Assembly: GCA_021801795.1 (NCBI GenBank)
Contig: JAJYXR010000026.1
Location: forward strand, 5,051-69,050
Source of the DNA: Actinomycetes bacterium
GTDB taxonomy: Bacteria > Actinomycetota > Acidimicrobiia > Acidimicrobiales > JAJYXR01
Reading direction: 5' to 3'
DNA length: 64,000 nt
The notes under the pieces were generated by a model, which saw only the letters and a list, made by a program, of their open reading frames with translations, searched no databases and had not been told where the DNA came from. A program made the position numbers and the translations under genes. Every line of letters starts with the position of its first letter. Position 1 is the stretch's first letter. Below, piece by piece: positions 34,988 through 43,180 of this stretch.

Positions 34988-36945
34988 CGCATCAGTCCGA
35001 GACGGGCGATGGCGAGAAGAGCTATGACCAGCCCGAGAAGTGTGGCGATGTAGGCGCGGAGGCTGCCGGATTGGATGCGACGCAGGAGCGCAGCCCATGC
35101 GAGCGCTGCCCGTACGACAGGTCGGTAGAGCAGGGTGTCGAACAGATGCGGCGTATGAGACTCGTAGGCCACGCTCTCGACCAGGACGCCGTTGCGCTCT
35201 ACGTCCACACTTCTCTCCGGCTTCAGGACTGGCTCCATGAGGAGCCGTAGTGGCTTGGTGAAGGCGGCGGATGTCCAGCGCAGTGGAACCTCGACGGGTT
35301 GGCCGCAGGTCCAGACAGGCGCCGGTGCTGCCGACCGCCGTGAGCGGAGCAGGACCAGGAGCGCTCCCCCGGTGAGGAGGAATGCCAGGAGCGCTGCGGC
35401 CGGAAATGAACCGGTACCGACTATGTCCATCCCAGCCCTCATCGGCAGCCGGACAGGGCCGCCAGGGGCCAGTGACACCAGGCGTGCCACGAGAATCCCG
35501 GGAATGCATCCGAGCAGCACGCAGAGGGTTCCGAGGGCGACCAGCCCGGCGAGCACCGGGCGAGCCGACTCCTGGGCGGTGGCGCACGCTTCGCGGCGGG
35601 GTGGGCCGAGCAGCACCAGGCCTACGACCTTCGTGAAGCAGAGCACGGCCAAGGCTGCAGTGCCGGCCAGCCCCGCGAGTGCGATCAGGGTGGGCAGTGC
35701 CGTCCTTAGAGGGGTACTGGTGGCGCCGTGGAGGAGTGCTTCCAAGGTGAGCCATTCCGAGGCGAACCCGTTGAATGGCGGGAGCCCGGCGATGGCCATG
35801 GATCCGATCAGGAACGCTCCACCTGTCCAGGGCATCCGCTTCAGCAGCCCACCCAGGTGGTCCAGATCCAGCTTGCCCACGGCGCTGTGAAAGCTGCCGG
35901 CACCGAGGAACAGGAGCCCCTTGAACACGGCGTGGTTCATGGTGTGGAGCAGCGCCGCAGCGAGCGCGAGGGCCGCCCAGAGGTGATCCCCGTTCGCGTT
36001 CAGGATGAACGCTGCCCCCAGGCCGAGGGCGATTATCCCGACGTTTTCCACCGAATGGAAGGCGAGGAGGCGTTTCAGCTCGTGTTGGACGAGGGCGTAG
36101 AGGACACCGCCGAGGCATGACAGGAGGCCTAGGGCCAGCAGCGCCACACCGAGGAGCGCCGCCGATCTCGCCGGCCACCCCAGGGTGAAACGGACTAGCC
36201 CGTATATAGCGACCTTGATCATCATGCCTGACATGAGCGCCGAGAAGTGGCTTGGTGCCAGGGGGTGGGCTCTCGGAAGCCAGGAGTGAAGGGGCATGAG
36301 GCCGGCTTTCGTCCCGAACCCGATGAGTGCGGCCAGGCCAATGCCGATCTGCAGTGTTTCAGCCCTGCCCGCCAGAGCGCCCGGGTCGCCCAGCGCGTGG
36401 AAGCGAACCAGGGCCAGCAGCGCCACCCAGACCCCCACCCCTCCGAGATGTGTCGTTGCCAGGTAGACGTAGACGTCGTGGCGCGCAGAGCGTCCGTGGT
36501 GGCTGACCAGTATGGCGGTGGCCGGTAGGACGGTCATGAGCTCCCAGAAGGCGAGGAAGGTGGTGACGTCGCGGGCGACGAGCACTCCGGTCATGGCGAG
36601 AATGAAAGCTCCCGTCAGCGCTGAGAGTGACCGTGCGCCCCGTGACCCGGGCAGGGTTCCGAGAGCGAAGCCGAGTGCCGGCACCGTGACGACGGCCAGG
36701 GTGAGGAGGAAGAACCCGCTCAAGGGATCCACCCCCAGGGCCGGGTCGAAGCTGTCCCTGAAGGGCACCCCGAGCGTGCCGGCCCCTGCGAAGACTGCCG
36801 TGCCCCAGGCACCCATGACGGTGGTCCCGAGGATCTGGGCCCACAGGGCTGGCCTTACGTAGCGGTCGCTCCTCGCCAGGTACGGGAGCCCTGAGCCGAG
36901 TGCCACCAGGGCGGCACCGGCTGCCATCGCTGCCAGGCCGATCAT
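34984..36945 (-). CDS. HyfB/HycC/NuoL-like proton-conducting membrane subunit
   Basis: 653 aa and a paralogue of 256-2379 (FWELMTV, GLMPLHSWLPRAHPLAPSHFSALMSG). The ATG overlaps the arsR stop (ATGA). Confidence 0.9.
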   Translation of the reverse strand: MIGLAAMAAGAALVALGSGLPYLARSDRYVRPALWAQILGTTVMGAWGTAVFAGAGTLGVPFRDSFDPALGVDPLSGFFLLTLAVVTVPALGFALGTLPGSRGARSLSALTGAFILAMTGVLVARDVTTFLAFWELMTVLPATAILVSHHGRSARHDVYVYLATTHLGGVGVWVALLALVRFHALGDPGALAGRAETLQIGIGLAALIGFGTKAGLMPLHSWLPRAHPLAPSHFSALMSGMMIKVAIYGLVRFTLGWPARSAALLGVALLALGLLSCLGGVLYALVQHELKRLLAFHSVENVGIIALGLGAAFILNANGDHLWAALALAAALLHTMNHAVFKGLLFLGAGSFHSAVGKLDLDHLGGLLKRMPWTGGAFLIGSMAIAGLPPFNGFASEWLTLEALLHGATSTPLRTALPTLIALAGLAGTAALAVLCFTKVVGLVLLGPPRREACATAQESARPVLAGLVALGTLCVLLGCIPGILVARLVSLAPGGPVRLPMRAGMDIVGTGSFPAAALLAFLLTGGALLVLLRSRRSAAPAPVWTCGQPVEVPLRWTSAAFTKPLRLLMEPVLKPERSVDVERNGVLVESVAYESHTPHLFDTLLYRPVVRAALAWAALLRRIQSGSLRAYIATLLGLVIALLAIARLGLMR

Positions 36946-37286
36946 TGCTGATGTGCGGAGGTTTCCTCGGCCGCCAACTCGTCTAGCAGGGCACGGCTGT
37001 CCTCGAGTGTGGCCGTGAGGATCTGCCTGGCCAGGGCCAGCAGGTCACTGGTACGGGGATCCCGGATGCGGTAGTAGACGCAGGTGCCTTCCTTGCGGCC
37101 CTCGACCAGGCCCTGCCTGCGCAGGGCGGCGAGATGCTGTGAGGTGCCGCTCGAGTCGAGTGGCAGGGCCGCCTGCAGTTCTCCCACGCTCAGCTCGGAC
37201 TTCGACAGCAGCTCGAGTATCCGGATCCGTGCGGGGTGACCGAGGACCCGGAACAGCTCCGCCTTCAGCATCGGGATCTCTGGCAC
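36942..37286 (-). CDS. ArsR/SmtB family transcriptional regulator, first gene of the hydrogenase operon
   Basis: 114 aa with the HTH region LFRVLGHPARIRILELL...LSVGELQAAL...SGTSQHLAALRRQGLV. Same length class and position as M. tuberculosis Rv0081. Confidence 0.9.
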   Translation of the reverse strand: MPEIPMLKAELFRVLGHPARIRILELLSKSELSVGELQAALPLDSSGTSQHLAALRRQGLVEGRKEGTCVYYRIRDPRTSDLLALARQILTATLEDSRALLDELAAEETSAHQQ

Positions 37287-37310
37287 GGCTCTGAACCATA
37301 TATACAGAGA

Positions 37311-37332
37311 CTCTAAGAGGCAAATCTTAGAG
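37311..37332. promoter_or_regulatory. Candidate operator: perfect 8-6-8 palindrome CTCTAAGA-GGCAAA-TCTTAGAG upstream of arsR
   Basis: Read directly. It lies in a strikingly AT-rich 70-bp patch 25-46 bp upstream of the arsR ATG, and AGAGACT is also directly repeated. Assigning it to ArsR is inference. Confidence 0.4.
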
Positions 37333-37418
37333 ACTTATAAGATTCATGAGTATTGGATCGGATGCGTGGGTCCACCTGATGGAGGGGGCGCTCTGTCGTC
37401 CCGAGACGGCAGAGCCGG

Positions 37419-38732
37419 TTACTTCTCGGAGACGAACTTCGCGTCGAAGGGCACCTGGGTCGGAGCGAGGAACCAGCTACCCACCGGCTTTCCGGCGATC
37501 TGGATAGTGACGATCACGTGCGAGGCACCCAGCTCTATCTCGAGTGGCTGACCTGCCGAGGCCTCGAAGGTGCGGTGGCTGCCAGCCGCCAGGACCCCGG
37601 TGAACGACGGGGCGCTCTGGGCCGAGGTGGTGACCTGGACCCAGCAGCTCTCGAACGCCGCCACCACCACACCATAAGACGCCGCGCGAACCCTAACGGT
37701 GGCCGAGGCCGATCCTGTGGAGCTAGTCGACACCAGTGGCACCGACGATGGCCGAGGCGCAGAGGGCGTGCCACCGGTCTCCTTCGGCGCCGGTGAGGAC
37801 GAGCCCGATGACACGACGCTCACCACGTCCTTTCTCACGTTCGACACGAACGAGGAGATTCGCTGGGCGTGCAGCGCATCGAGGTACCTAGGACGCCAGT
37901 GCTCGATGACGAGTCCCGCGACAGCTACTGCCAGCACCACCACCGTCACCCACACGGCACGCCGTAGGCCGGAGCGGGTTCGTGTGCGTGGCGCGGGAGT
38001 GCTGTCGGGGGATCTCGGGCTGATGGCGGGCACCTCGGCTGTCTCGGTGAAGGAGCCGAGGTGGCCGTCGGGGCCAGCCGGCCCGAAGAATCCCGCTGAC
38101 CTGCCCAGGCTCACGGTGCTCGCCAGGCGCGTCCGGGTACCGGCCAGGCTGAAGGTGTCACCCGGAACCCCTGTGGCAGTCCCCGCGGCGGCACTTCCCC
38201 TGGCCGTGTTGGTCTCTGCGCCGGTGAGAGCCAGCACGCCAGCAGCCGTGTCGAACGCGCCGGGCTCGTCCCAGGTCCCTGCGGGCAGGTCTGTGCTCAC
38301 GGCTGACCCCTCGGGCTCCGCACCGATTAGAACATTGGTGGCGGTACCGACGCCGACCAGCGCCTGGGTAGGAGTGGTGGAAGGCTGGACCGGCGAGGTG
38401 GCACCGGTGAGCATGCGTACGAAGGGCGCCGCGTCGAGGCCGACCAGCTCCGCGAACCTCCGGAGGGCATCCGCGGCTTCGGCAGCGCTCACGAAGCAGG
38501 AGAGGTCGCCGGACTCGACGGCGTGAAGCTTTCCCGCAGGTACCCCGGTGCGGTCCTGGACAGCCGTGAGATCCACCCCGAGAGCCAGCCGTGTGGCGCG
38601 GAGCGCCGCGCCTATCCGGGCGGCACCCAGAGACAGGGCCTCGTTGCCCGCCAGAGCCGCCTCGCCCTCGGGCCGACCCGCGCCGGAACCCGACCAGAGC
38701 CGAGACGTTCTTCTTCGCGATCGGCTTGCCAT
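37419..38732 (-). CDS. RodZ-like protein (N-terminal XRE-type HTH, one TM helix, C-terminal DUF4115-like domain)
   Basis: HTH region (LRATRLALGVDLTAVQDRTGVPAGKLHAVESGD), a TM helix (VWVTVVVLAVAVAGLVI) and a C-terminal beta-rich domain (CWVQVTT...GVLAAGSHRTFEA...LEIELG). Domain names are recalled from family knowledge. Confidence 0.65.
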   Translation of the reverse strand: MASRSRRRTSRLWSGSGAGRPEGEAALAGNEALSLGAARIGAALRATRLALGVDLTAVQDRTGVPAGKLHAVESGDLSCFVSAAEAADALRRFAELVGLDAAPFVRMLTGATSPVQPSTTPTQALVGVGTATNVLIGAEPEGSAVSTDLPAGTWDEPGAFDTAAGVLALTGAETNTARGSAAAGTATGVPGDTFSLAGTRTRLASTVSLGRSAGFFGPAGPDGHLGSFTETAEVPAISPRSPDSTPAPRTRTRSGLRRAVWVTVVVLAVAVAGLVIEHWRPRYLDALHAQRISSFVSNVRKDVVSVVSSGSSSPAPKETGGTPSAPRPSSVPLVSTSSTGSASATVRVRAASYGVVVAAFESCWVQVTTSAQSAPSFTGVLAAGSHRTFEASAGQPLEIELGASHVIVTIQIAGKPVGSWFLAPTQVPFDAKFVSEK

Positions 38733-38837
38733 GGGTACTCCTCGGTCGGCTTCATACTACTCGCGACCTGGTGCTAACCCGCCGGGCTGTCCGGATTTCA
38801 CGGCGCTGCGCAACCCGGCATGGGCTGCCGCGCCATC

Positions 38838-40025
38838 TCAGGAGAGCGACGCCCTCAGAGCCTCGACGAGCGATGCGGTCCGTTCGTCCCCACCCAGGCC
38901 GAGCCTCATCTGGTTCATCACGTAGGCGAATGCGACTCCTGAGTCCGGGTCGGCGAAGCCGAGCGAACCGCCTGCGCCCGAGTGGCCGAAGGAGCCGGGT
39001 CCGAGCAGCGGGGAGAAGGCCGAGTGGCACATGAAGCCGAGCCCGAAGCTGGTCGGAGCCACGAGCACCCGGTCGGGGCCGCCCACCACCTCTCTGCGGG
39101 CCTCGTCGAGCACCTCGGGGGCGAGCAGGCGGACTCCGTCGACGGTGCCGATGGTCGCGGCATACATCCTTGCCAGCGATCTGGCGTCGGTGATGCAGTT
39201 CGCGGCCGGCACCTCTGCTGCGTGGACCTCACGGCTGTTGAAGGGACCACCGCGTTTTCCGAATATCCCGAATGCTCCGTTCAAGGTGAGCGCCCGCAAG
39301 GCCAGCCCGTCGCTGCCGAGCATGGTGGTGAGAGCCTGGAGGGTATCGGGATCGAGGTCGTCGAAGGAGGGTAGAGGCCCTGTCCGCAGCGGGGCCACCC
39401 TCGGTTCGTGCTCCTCTGGCAGCCCGATCCACAGGTCCAGGCTTAGAGGCCCGGCGATCCTCTCGGCGACCATTGCGCCGACGCTGCTGCCGGTCACCCG
39501 GCGTATGACCTCGCCCACCAGCCAGCCGAAGGTGAGGGCGTGGTAGCCGTGAGCGCTGCCGGGCTCCCAGAAGGGCGCCTGGGCGGCGAGCGCCTGGACT
39601 ACCGGATCCCAGCGGAGAACCTCGTCGAGTGCGAGCTCGCCGTCGATGGTGGGAAGGCCGGCCTGGTGGGACATCAGCCACCGCATGGAGACATGCTGCT
39701 TTCCGGCTGCGGCGAACTCGGGCCAGTAGTAGCTGACGGGGGCATCCAGATCCAACATGCCGTCCTGGACCAGCATGTGGGCACACAGCGCGGTGACGCC
39801 CTTGGTGGTGGAGAAGACGAGCTGCAGGGTATCGGCCCCATAGGCCCTGGCCGTCTTCGGATCGGCCACCCCTCCCCAGAGGTCGACCACCCTTTCACCA
39901 TCCCGGTAGATGCAGACCGCTGCACCGAGGTCTCCGAGCTCGTCGAAGTTCCGCTGGAATGCCGCCGCCACCGGCTCGAATCCCGAGGAGACATAGCCAT
40001 CCATACCCCCACCCCTTTCATGCAC
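38838..40025 (-). CDS. Serine hydrolase, beta-lactamase/esterase (class C-like) family
   Basis: SxxK motif in LVFSTTKGVTAL; typical EstB/AmpC-like length. The start may be the ATG at 40004 (MDGYVSSGF). Confidence 0.85.
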   Translation of the reverse strand: MHERGGGMDGYVSSGFEPVAAAFQRNFDELGDLGAAVCIYRDGERVVDLWGGVADPKTARAYGADTLQLVFSTTKGVTALCAHMLVQDGMLDLDAPVSYYWPEFAAAGKQHVSMRWLMSHQAGLPTIDGELALDEVLRWDPVVQALAAQAPFWEPGSAHGYHALTFGWLVGEVIRRVTGSSVGAMVAERIAGPLSLDLWIGLPEEHEPRVAPLRTGPLPSFDDLDPDTLQALTTMLGSDGLALRALTLNGAFGIFGKRGGPFNSREVHAAEVPAANCITDARSLARMYAATIGTVDGVRLLAPEVLDEARREVVGGPDRVLVAPTSFGLGFMCHSAFSPLLGPGSFGHSGAGGSLGFADPDSGVAFAYVMNQMRLGLGGDERTASLVEALRASLS

Positions 40026-40127
40026 GCGTCGGAGCTTCCCGACGCCGTCGAGCGTCTCACGGAGCGGGGCACCGAATCCAGTCCGGGGCCGGCAGATCGC
40101 GACACTGACGTCACAGTCGGATTCAGG

Positions 40128-40143
40128 CTGACGGCGACGTCAT
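40128..40143. promoter_or_regulatory. Island palindrome copy A: CTGACggcgacGTCAT
   Basis: Located in the divergent hydrolase/P450 promoter gap, directly followed by a TACAAT-like element. One of five copies of CTGAC-N6-GTCA(G/T). Confidence 0.5.
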
Positions 40144-40235
40144 ACAATGTTATGATCGGTTACGGAATCTGTACCCATCCGTCCCTTGGAAGGGGGAACA
40201 TCGCGATGTACGGGGAGCAGGAGGGATCCGAGGGC

Positions 40236-41408
40236 ATGGACCTCTCGAACCTGGATGTGGCACGGGTCGAGGACCCCAGAGCCCTGTTCGAGCAGCTGCG
40301 CGCCGAGCCCGTACTCCAGGTCGGTCCTGGTTTCGCTGCCCTGACCCGGCGCAGCGACATCGAGGCCGCCCTGCGGAACCCGGGGTTGTTCTCCTCTGGT
40401 GCCGAAGCCGTGGCCCTCGGCAACGTGCGGCCACTCATACCTTTGCAGATCGATCCCCCGAAGCACGTGAAGTACCGGCGCATCCTCGACCCACTATTCG
40501 GTCCGAAGCAGGTGGCCCCGATGGAGTCCGAGGTGGTCGCCAGGGTGAAGGAGCTGATGGACGCCTTCATCGACCGCTCCTCGTGCGACTTCCACGAGGA
40601 GCTGGCCGTCCCGCTGCCCTGCAGCGTCTTCCTGGAGCTGATGGGACTGCCGCTCGGTGACCTGGAGCTGTTCCTCGCCATGAAGGAAGGGATAATCCGC
40701 CCGCCGGGTGCCACCCTGGAGGAGCAGGACCCCGAACGGCGCCGTACTGCCGACGCGATATACACCTACTTCTCCGATCTCGTCTGCCAGCGCCGGAAGG
40801 CCCCGGGTGAGGATCTGCTGACCCGCATCATCGACTCGGAGGTGGACGGCGAGCGACTGACCGACGAGGAGGTGGTGGACATCTGCTTCCTCTTCCTCAT
40901 CGCCGGCCTGGACACCGTCACCGACTCGCTGGACTGCTTCTTCGCCTACCTGGCCCAGAACCCCGAGCACAGGCGCCAGATCGTGGAGGATCCCTCGGTG
41001 ATCCCCTCGGCCGTGGAGGAACTGCTCCGCTGGGAGAGCCCCGTTCCGGGGATCGCGAGGGTGGCTACGTCGGACACGGAGGTCGGGGGCTGCCCGGTGA
41101 AGGCCGGTGATCACGTCTTCCTCCTCATCGGCTCCGCGAACACCGACACCGTGGCGACCCCTGGTGTCGACCATGTGGACCTCACCCGTAACCCGAATGC
41201 GCACCTGGCATTCGGCGGCGGTGTGCACAGGTGCCTGGGCTCCCATCTGGCGCGTCTCGAGCTGCGCGTGGTGCTACGCGAGTTCCACCGCCGCATACCC
41301 GACTACTCGCTCGCTCCGGGGACGACCCTTCAGTACACCTCCGGCCTGCGTTCCCTCCATCACCTGCCCCTCGTCTTCTCCGCGGTGGCGGAGCCCGCAG
41401 GTGTGTGA
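40236..41408 (+). CDS. Cytochrome P450
   Basis: Heme-binding loop FGGGVHRCLGSHLA and the EELLRWESP (ExxR) motif. The ATG at 40236 is preceded by GGAGCAGGAGGGA. An alternative start is the ATG at 40206. The track ORF from 39540 is antisense to the hydrolase. Confidence 0.9.
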   Translation: MDLSNLDVARVEDPRALFEQLRAEPVLQVGPGFAALTRRSDIEAALRNPGLFSSGAEAVALGNVRPLIPLQIDPPKHVKYRRILDPLFGPKQVAPMESEVVARVKELMDAFIDRSSCDFHEELAVPLPCSVFLELMGLPLGDLELFLAMKEGIIRPPGATLEEQDPERRRTADAIYTYFSDLVCQRRKAPGEDLLTRIIDSEVDGERLTDEEVVDICFLFLIAGLDTVTDSLDCFFAYLAQNPEHRRQIVEDPSVIPSAVEELLRWESPVPGIARVATSDTEVGGCPVKAGDHVFLLIGSANTDTVATPGVDHVDLTRNPNAHLAFGGGVHRCLGSHLARLELRVVLREFHRRIPDYSLAPGTTLQYTSGLRSLHHLPLVFSAVAEPAGV

Positions 41409-41426
41409 GCCTGGACGGATGGCACG

Positions 41427-41618
41427 ATGCGCCTAGAGCTGGACCAAGACGCCTGCCAGGGCCACGGCCGCTGCTATGCGCTGGCACCGGAGCTCTTCGA
41501 GGCCGACGAGCGCGGCCACTGCCGGCTGCTCATAGACCTGGTCCCCGACGGACTCGAGTCTTCAGCGCGCGACGGGGTGGATAACTGCCCGGAACGGGCT
41601 CTTACACTGAGCGACTAG
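41427..41618 (+). CDS. Small ferredoxin, 3Fe-4S type, P450 redox partner
   Basis: 63 aa with DACQGHGRC ... NCPERA. Located immediately downstream of the P450. Confidence 0.85.
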   Translation: MRLELDQDACQGHGRCYALAPELFEADERGHCRLLIDLVPDGLESSARDGVDNCPERALTLSD

Positions 41619-41697
41619 GCACCGAGCGACTAGGCACCGAGCGGCTGGACACCGAGCGACTGGGCACCGAGCGACTGGGCACCGAGCGGCTGGCACC
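41609..41697. repeat. 15-bp tandem repeat, 6 copies (GAGCGACTAGGCACC and variants), starting in the ferredoxin stop codon
   Basis: Copies start at 41609, 41624, 41639, 41654, 41669 and 41684. The TAG at 41616-41618 in copy 1 is the ferredoxin stop. Confidence 0.9.
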
Positions 41698-41728
41698 CCG
41701 GGACTGGGTTCAGCGGCCAGGGCAGTGC

Positions 41729-43021
41729 TCAGCGGCCGCGCGAGCCAAGCGAGCCGAGGTCGGTGGCCTTCGTGCGATGCTCGGCCGACCTGCCGGAAGC
41801 GCTCGACGGCCTCGGGGTGACGTCGACGTCCGTGGCCTCGGCCCTGAGGGCCCGAACGGTGCACTGTTCCCGGGGTCGCTTCGAGAAGGGGTCGTAGGAG
41901 AAGATCCGCATCGCGTTCAGGTGGGTGATGCGGTCGATCTCGTCGTCGTCGAGCGCGGCGAGGTACTTCATGGCTGCCTCCGGTGAGGTGGGCCAGGTGG
42001 AGTCGGAGTGCGGGTAGTCGCATTCCCAGCAGACCTGATCGAGGTTCAGGTGGGACCGACTCTCGATGCCGAAGGAGTCGTCGATGAAGCATGTGACGAT
42101 CCGGTCGAGGAAGACCTGGCTCGGCAGCATCCCTCCGAAGCTCTGACCGGTCCAGGCGTGATGGTGCTGGTAGACATAGTCGATTCGCTCCAGGAAGTAG
42201 GGGATCCAGCCGATGCCGCCCTCCGAGAGAGCGATCTTCAGGCTCGGGTACTTGCGCAGGACCGGTGACCATATGAGGTCGGTGGCGGCCTGGACGATGT
42301 TCAGGGGCTGGAGAGATATGAGCACGTCTATCGGGGCGTCAGGTGCCGTTATCACCAGCTGGGAGGACGAGCCTATGTGCATGCAGACCACCGTTCCCTC
42401 GTCGGCGCAGGCTGTCCAGAAGGGATCCCAGTGCTCCGCGTGAAGGCTCGGGTAGCCGAGTTTGGAGGGGTTCTCGGAGAAGGTGACGGCGTGGCAGCCC
42501 TTCGCGGCCATGCGTCGCACCTCGGCTGCCATCAGGTCGGGGTCCCACAGGGGGGGCAGGGCCAGGGGGATGAACCGGCCAGGCTCCGCGCCGCACCAGC
42601 TCTCCACGTGCCAGTCGTTATAGGCCTGGAGCATGGCTAGCCCGAGCTCCTTGTCCTCGGTCCGGGCGAACAGCTGGCCGCAGAACTGGGGAAAGGAGGG
42701 AAAGCACATGGATCCGAGGACGCCGTTCGCGTTCATGTCCCTGATCCGCTCGCGGATGTCGTAGCAGCCCCTGCGCATCTCCTCGAAGGAGGTCGGCTCG
42801 ATCCCGTAGTCCTCGGGCGACCGGCCGGCTACGGCGTTCAGCCCTATGTTCGGTATCTCCGATCCCTCATAGCTCCAGACGTCCGTACCATCGTCCTTAC
42901 GGACCACCTTCGGCTCTCGGCCGCTGAAACGCTTGGGAACCCGGCCCTCGAAGAGGTCTGGTGGTTCGACGACGTGGTCATCGACGCTTACGAGGACAAG
43001 GTCTTCTGCCTGCATGGCCAT
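41729..43021 (-). CDS. Amidohydrolase-2 (ACMSD/LigW-type metal-dependent hydrolase/decarboxylase) family protein
   Basis: The N-terminus LVSVDDHVVEPPDLF is typical, as are later motifs and the roughly 430 aa length. It is a paralogue of 51629-52792. Confidence 0.85.
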   Translation of the reverse strand: MAMQAEDLVLVSVDDHVVEPPDLFEGRVPKRFSGREPKVVRKDDGTDVWSYEGSEIPNIGLNAVAGRSPEDYGIEPTSFEEMRRGCYDIRERIRDMNANGVLGSMCFPSFPQFCGQLFARTEDKELGLAMLQAYNDWHVESWCGAEPGRFIPLALPPLWDPDLMAAEVRRMAAKGCHAVTFSENPSKLGYPSLHAEHWDPFWTACADEGTVVCMHIGSSSQLVITAPDAPIDVLISLQPLNIVQAATDLIWSPVLRKYPSLKIALSEGGIGWIPYFLERIDYVYQHHHAWTGQSFGGMLPSQVFLDRIVTCFIDDSFGIESRSHLNLDQVCWECDYPHSDSTWPTSPEAAMKYLAALDDDEIDRITHLNAMRIFSYDPFSKRPREQCTVRALRAEATDVDVTPRPSSASGRSAEHRTKATDLGSLGSRGR

Positions 43022-43072
43022 ACCTCCTGGCGGGCCGGCGCTCGTCGTGTCCCGGCTGAGCCAATCATAACG

Positions 43073-43088
43073 CTGACATCTACGTCAG
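43073..43088. promoter_or_regulatory. Island palindrome copy B: CTGACatctacGTCAG
   Basis: Located in the divergent amidohydrolase/acyl-CoA ligase promoter gap. Confidence 0.5.
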
Positions 43089-43180
43089 GCAGGCGGCCGC
43101 TGTTCGGCATAAGCTCCGAGGGTGGTCACGAACGGCTCTTGGCAAGCGACACGCTTTCCAGTCTGTTCAGGAGGTCTCCG

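Noticed and set aside
30420-36178. Over-long 5' extensions of track ORFs. In the hydrogenase region: 30420-32969, 33444-34634, 34058-36178, 29929-30675. Elsewhere: 19841-21868, 39540-41408, 42974-44737, 48887-50434, 62743-63501, 19085-19666, 19483-19980
   Set aside because: The extensions run through the upstream gene in another frame or antisense, and they translate to low-complexity Arg/Pro-rich sequence. In each case an internal start coincides with an ATGA/GTGA overlap or a Shine-Dalgarno-like sequence, and with the start of recognisable homology.
40104-40115. ACTGACGTCACA, a zero-spacer version of the island palindrome (TGACGTCA core) 13 bp upstream of copy A
   Set aside because: An 8-bp palindrome alone is too short to be significant, and its spacing differs from the five N6 copies. 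It may be related but I do not count it.
41609-41697. Whether the tandem arrays (41609, 46291, 52811, 62663 and so on) could be small CRISPR arrays or MITE-like mobile repeats
   Set aside because: The units are directly contiguous with no spacers and are 7-40 bp long. They share no sequence with each other, and there are no cas genes or terminal inverted repeats. They are simple tandem duplications.
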